From positions 1 through 64,000 of the forward strand of contig MU008182.1 in assembly GCA_010909165.1 (NCBI GenBank): a DNA stretch of 64,000 bases. Direction: 5' to 3'. The notes under the pieces are model-generated. The model worked only from the letters and a program-made list of their open reading frames with translations. It was not told where the DNA came from and searched no databases. Shown here in pieces: positions 58,261-64,000 of this stretch. The first letter of the stretch is position 1; each line of letters begins with the position of its first letter. The position numbers were made by a program, and so were the translations under genes. This DNA comes from Anthoceros angustus. Lineage: Eukaryota; Plantae; Anthocerotophyta.

Positions 58261-59299
58261 GGAGTTCCGTGAAATCATGAACCTCCCGCAGCTTCAGAGT
58301 CATGAATCTTGTGCTTGTGGGCGATAGGCTGGCCTCTAGTTGCCTTGAGGTGCTGGAAGCGGCCCAGTGAAGGTGTTGGAAAGCCTCAAGCATTCAAATT
58401 CAGAAATCGCCCGCCGACACGCCTCTTAGCACCCTCTTGAAGACCTAAATTGCAAACATCGTGGCGTCCACTCATCGAACTCATTGCTTGACCATACATA
58501 CCCCGAGATGGTTCGAAGCTCAGGAAGAGAACCGCGAAACAAGGCGTGAGTTCAGCAAGCACACCTCACGAACTTCCTAATTTACAATTTGACACCCTTC
58601 CTCCTTCCTCTTCGTCTTGGTGACATAATCGAGCATGAGAAACGGATCAACTGCTTCACCGAACGGCTGAGAGCATTACCACAACCCATCAACCACAACC
58701 TAGAAATGACGCAAGATCTCTCTTAGGGCACCCAACTCACCCGCCAATGCGCGCGACTGCTGGTGGCGCCCACGCCTCCTTTGCCCACAGGGCCGCAGCC
58801 TTCACAGAGCTGCTTGGCGAAGGGCACCGGCCCTGTTGAGCAGTCGACCATGATGCGCTTGCGGGCGAAAGAAAGCGGAGGAGGTGGTGAGCGAGGTCCC
58901 GGCCAAGGAGTTGCCTTTGTTCGGAAGAGCGCGCGGGCGGGGCGTGAGGCAGAAAGGCTGAGGCGGAGGGCCAGGAGATTGGTGAAAAGGCGAGCGAGAT
59001 CAGTGGCCTGCAGGCGGGAGCTTGAGAGCTTGGCAACTCAAGGAGCTTGCAACTTTCTGTTCTTCACGAGCTCAAACCGGTTATTGTTGCATTCTAGTTT
59101 ATTGCTGGGTAGAACTCAATGCCATAAGCCCTGAAATAGACTGCCACACGCTTGCTCCAGCTCGCCCCTCGGCTCTGGCGGCTCCATTCCAGTGCTAGAT
59201 CCTTCCCATCGAGCAGTTTTTGTTACGCTCATGCTTTGAGGTTCGGGGTTAGGTTTGGTGGTTCAAGGCTAGGTTCGGCAAAAGTCGGGCTAGGTTTGG

Positions 59300-60030
59300 A
59301 AAGGTAGGGCAAGCGGCGACCAATCATGGACTTAGTTAGGTTTGGACTCACCTGGAAGCTTAGGTTCGGAAACTCAAAATGAGGCTGAGAAGAGAGGCAT
59401 GGCGGCCCACCGACGGAGGAAACCTAGGTTTAGGCTATTTAAGGGCTTTCTCCGCAGGCTGAGGTCTTTTCGACGGCCTGCTCCGAAGGCCAAGGTCTTC
59501 TTGTGTTTGCTCCTTCTGTCTTGTCGGCATAGGTTTGCATGCCCGAAGGCCAAGCGTTCTCTTTCAGTTGTGAACGTGATTTTGTTTTTGATTTAGAAGG
59601 CCATCTGCCTCTTCCCGAAGGCCAAGGTTATTTTGGTTCCGAAGGCCAAGGTTTCTGGAGGTTAAAGGCCAAGTTGCTACTTCATGATTGCCTGTTTCGG
59701 TATGGTGTCTGATTGTTCTCTCGTGTTGCGCCTGTTCTTGAATTGGTTTTTCGGTCACCTTGATTCTCGTTGCCGGTGCAGCTAGCTTTATGATTAGGTT
59801 TATACACGCTGGTACATGTGGTGTCTTAGCTCACCTCATGTATGTGGATTTTTGCATGTGGTTACGTCTCGGTTTCACTTATTCGAGTGCACCATTTACT
59901 TTCCTTGTTTATTGCTTTACGCCACGTATGCGTTGCATCTTACTTGCTCTCTCGAAGGCGTTACTTGCTCCTTGCTTTGTTCTTGTTTCATGTTGGTTTC
60001 TGTATGTTCTTTCCATTGTTTTACGTTGTT
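59300..60030. repeat. LTR/UTR-like region with repeated CCGAAGGCCAAGG motif
   Basis: Motif at ~59483, 59542, 59613 and 59639. Confidence 0.5.
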
Positions 60031-60036
60031 GAGAAC

Positions 60037-60442
60037 TGTAACGCCTAGTTCAAAAGACTGGTAGGTAACTGGTAGGACTTGTTGCAGTGTTGAAGCAAGA
60101 AAGTCTAAGTGAAGCCAACTGCCTTGGTCTGCTACTTTGGGGACTTGTTTTTTTTGTGTTTGTGAACGTTCTGTTCTCCTGTTTGTGGAAGACCACATGT
60201 ACACTAACCCCTCTCTGAAGTGTCGGGATGAACGATTTTTTTTTTTTGTTTTGGTGTGTTTGTATAGCAGTGCTTTGAGAATCGCTGGGTAAGGTCTTTT
60301 ATGAGAATGGTCCTTGGCCCTTGGGATAATAATTTTCTTTTGAACCTTAGGTTTTAGACCGGATAGGTAGGTCGGAAATAGAGTCCTTGGGTTTGGTGAT
60401 TTAGAAATAAGAAAGTGTCTATATATGTTAGGGGTGCCTACA
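60037..60442 (-). mobile_element. LTR-like segment (406 bp)
   Basis: Bounded by TGTA...TACA (TGTAGGCACCCC...GGCGTTACA on -), preceded on - by purine-rich GTGGGTGA. No target-site duplication seen. Confidence 0.5.
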
Positions 60443-62571
60443 TCACCCACGATTCGATCAAGGGAGGTGGCAGTTCCACCAGTGGCGAAGCAGGCGTCTG
60501 GACCGGGGAGTTTACAACCCTAGTGGCGGGGCGGGCTGCCAGTCGGGCGCAGCGAGAACACACCCGGCCTGGCAGTGTTTCGAGCCAGGCGTCGGAGGCG
60601 GGCTGCAGCAAGCTGGTAGCGCATGCACAGCTGCTGGGAGTCTCTGTTTATTTGTGCGGTGGAGGCAGCGTCGGTCAGTCGGAGCGGTGGCGGAGGAAGG
60701 AAACAGGCGGTAGCGAAGGAGGAAAAGAGGCGAGGCAAGGCGCGGCGAGGGAGTGGAGGCGTGCAGGGTGGTGTTCCCTTTTCGACCAGTCTGCGGTGGG
60801 TCGGTTCTTTTTGGAGAAACAAGGAGAAAGGAGATGGCGCGTGCTGCGAAATCCCACCATCGGTGGCCCAACATGGACCTTTGGAAGGTGAGGGGCGACT
60901 GGTGCGGGAGGCTGGGCTGGAATTTATGGAGAATGAAATGGTGTTCTGACTGACATTGGTGCAAAGTCGGCAATTGAGAACCAAGTTGCAAGAGGCGGAA
61001 GAGGCATAAGCGGGATTTGGGGCTCTTTCGATGTATATGGCGAAGCATCGGAGGATGGAAGCTTGGTAATTGACCCCAGGAGAGAAGACCACGAGGCTGC
61101 GTGCGCTCATGAAACTGGAGAAGTGAGGGTGAACAATGGATGGGTGACTCGCCAACTCGTGTCTGCTGGTGGGATTAGCCAAGTGGATTTTGTGTTTCTG
61201 CGAGCGGAAGTTGGATCATATGGCGGACCACTTCACGGTCTTTCTTCATGAGGTGGTTAAAGGTACACAAATCGATTGGGGCGGATGATCTTTGAAAGAG
61301 CACTGTGAGGAGAGGCGAATTTGCTCTCCCTTCCCTCGGCCCTCCTTGATTTCACCTTTTCTAATTCATGTGTTCGCGCATTAGGGTGTCTAGCGGAGTT
61401 GGGCGTGTCGCCCTTCATGGCTGAAACCGGTCGGGGAACTCAAGGTAGAGGAGGAGGAGTGTAAGGAGGATTAGGAAGGATTCCGGCGTTGGGAATCGCC
61501 TCCTAGAAGATTCGGATGAAGGTGGGGAGGTTTCCAAGGCGGAGGCGGCGGTGAGCAGGGGTCGGCGAAGAAGGAAGGACGCAGCGAAGAGGAACCCAGC
61601 CACCTAGGGTCACCGGTCGAAATCGGCAGCGAGCAGGTGAAGGAGGAGAAAATAAAGGAAGCGACAAGTTGTTCCCCTCTCGGTGCGGGGAGGTCGCTGC
61701 CGCTAGGAGATTGGAGGCGGATGAGGAAGTAGTGGCAAACCAACCCCTAGAAGAAGAGGTTAGTTTCGATAGCCAAGTCATGACGGACTCGGAACATTTT
61801 AGCGACATTTCGACCCGTCCGGTGAAGTGGAGCAGGTGACACCGCTCGCGTCGAGGTATTGTTGTGGAGGAATGGGCACGGGGCAGCCCAATTCGAGAAT
61901 CTGCGAGGCCACGACTTGACCATGGCTCGAGCAGGCGGATCTCCTCGAGACCATGGCTCTCACTGGGAGTGTCACAGGGCCAGGAAAAGTTGCTCAAGGA
62001 GAAGTTGGAGAGCCTGGCGAGAACAAGGTGGGGAGGCCTTGAGGCAGGAATGCGGCGGCCTATATGCAAGGCACAGGAGGCGGCTAAGGCCATGTCCACC
62101 CAGGAGGCCTTAGTGAATCGAGGTCAAGGCGCATGATGATTGAGGAGCTTCAAGATGAGGTCTCATGAGAGGAACAATGGAAACAATGGCGCCTGCTGGA
62201 AATTCAAGAAGGCGGCGGATATAGCGAGAGAGAGATGAAGCTAGGGCCGAGTCAAGAGGTGGCCAAGCAGAAGAAGGCGAGCCAGCAACAGATGGCAAGC
62301 CACCAGTGGAACCACCACCACGGTGGCTAAACCCACCGTCGCGGAAGGAGGAACCGAGGTGGGGAAGTCAGCCAGGAGGCTGCGGTGGGGATCACGATCC
62401 CCCAGATTCGGGAAGCGGCGCTCGGGATTGTCCACAGGGAGAGGTAAGAACCTCATGGCGAAGAAGGCGTGTTGCTCTGCGTGCGGATGAGGATGCTCAT
62501 GTCCCAGCCCCACACGCATGGTGGCGTGATGAGAATCATCATTGCTCTAGGTAGCAAAACATAGCGGATAG

Positions 62572-62800
62572 TGAAAGCTTTGCACAAAAGAGTTGTATGC
62601 ATTGATTATAATAGAAAGTACAAAGCCTTTATATAGGCTAGGTGGTTATAACCATAAGGTGGTTGTAACCATAAGTAGTTCTAACCTCTAAGTGGTTGTA
62701 ACAACTAACTACTCATTAAACTACCTAAAGCCCTAAGAACTAAATTAATTAATAGCCTTAGGTGCCCTAGTGAAGAGTGCCCTAAATAGGTCATATTTCA
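62572..62800 (-). mobile_element. Short 3' LTR (229 bp, copia-like) with polypurine tract
   Basis: Inverted termini TGAAA...TTTCA; PPT GTGAGTGGGAGTGA immediately upstream on -; CTATATAAAGG TATA box inside; internal GGTTGTAACC repeats. Confidence 0.6.
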
Positions 62801-64000
62801 TCACTCCCACTCACTATGAACTAGGTGTGAAGAATCGCTTCAAAATGAGACTAAAAGGCTAGTTAGCTCCCACTAACTTGAAAGCTATCCACTAACTAAG
62901 AAAACAATTAAAACTGGCTTAAGTTACATTTAAGCAGAATTTAATGTAATCAAAATTAATTACCAAAAACTTAATTAGGAAATGGTAAATTCCTAAACAA
63001 GGTAAAAGGTAAAAGGTAAAAGAAAACCATTAAATGGGTTAAACCCATGGGGCATGTGATGCCGTCCGCCCATGGGGGTCATCGTTAATGTACCCCCATA
63101 CGGTTTTATTCCTCCTCCCGCTCCCGCTCCTGCGCTCCCGCTCCTCCCGCTCATGAAGCACAAAGAACTTGCTATGGCGCCGGGGCACAAACTGGGCAAG
63201 GCGCGCGCCGTCGTGAGGGCCCAGCGGGCGCGCGCCCGCGCCGCCGCCATACTGGATCACTGCGGTGGTGCGGCGCCGATTCTGCAAGTAGATGGGTGCC
63301 AACCTGCGGTGGAAAAAGAAAGAAGAGTGCCGGGAGGGACGCGCCCGAGAGCAGACGCCCCCACTTGTGCAAACACGTGATCCTCTGCACCGTCTAAATG
63401 GATTCCAACCTTTGTGGAGAGCCCACCACGTTTTCGGTGGGATGAAGTGGTGAGCTCGTGTAGAGGTTGAAGTCACCGGGAGAGGTGGAATTTGTTCTGC
63501 AGGTCAAGATCGCCATTGATGTGTGAGTCGCCATATGCGAGTGTCTCACCCAAGCCGGAGATTAAAAGCGATCTTCCATGTCTTGTCTCAATTTCTCAAA
63601 AGTGCTGCTAATCCCAAGCCAAGCTCCAACTGCGGCATGTCGTCACCAGTTGTGCGGTGAGAGATCGTCGAGGAAGATTCAAAGCTCCTGTGGGAAGAAA
63701 TCGCCGAGATTGTTCTCTTATCGATACAAGTGCCTCGGAAGAATCTTCATTGAAGGGCTTCCACGCCTCGATGAAGGGAGGCTGAAATCTCAAGTAAGAT
63801 AGCGGCATGGTATAGCAGGCATTCCCCTTGTCGTGAAGGGAGGCACCTTTGCAGGATGCCCCCTTTGTCATGAGGAGAGGCACCTAGTTGTAAGCCCGTT
63901 TGTGGGCATCTTCAAATGACCATTTTCCAGTTCAAAATATTAATTGTGATGAATTTTCTGATACTATTTTCGCAGATTTATGTATGGAAAATTATGGGAA

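Noticed and set aside
60450-62560. Retroelement pol or env ORF
   Set aside because: No RT, RNase H, integrase or transmembrane motifs found; only acidic/coiled-coil-like fragments.

Overview
Eukaryotic nuclear DNA from a non-seed land plant. A hornwort is my best inference (about 50% GC, compact genes with short introns, a DYW:KP/GRP PPR); a lycophyte or fern is not excluded. The window has three zones. (1) 1-22.8 kb is a transposon stack: a gag remnant, a TTTAGGG-based higher-order array abutting a CRE-type RLE LINE, and a ~12 kb region where a DDD/E (DUF7869-like) transposase gene (-) sits head-to-head with an intron-containing gene (+) encoding a ParB-like domain plus a prokaryote-type beta-class N4/N6 DNA methyltransferase. 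This is the top candidate for an undescribed system. (2) 22.9-46.1 kb is a compact gene island: a PLS-PPR with an N-terminal OSB-type PDF motif and a DYW:KP 'GRP' (U-to-C editing type) domain, an ALKBH10-like protein with degenerate iron ligands, PELOTA, a TTF1/Reb1-like Myb, INTS8, and a broken signal-peptide-bearing PEBP gene. (3) 46.1-64 kb holds nested LTR-retroelement remnants, a second diverged copy of the ParB-MTase gene family, and a collapsed SRF-like LRR-RLK gene. Single-copy genes read cleanly, while multicopy sequences carry dense 1-3 nt deletions, so some frameshifts and tandem duplications may be long-read consensus errors. All family assignments are by eye from motifs; no searches were run.
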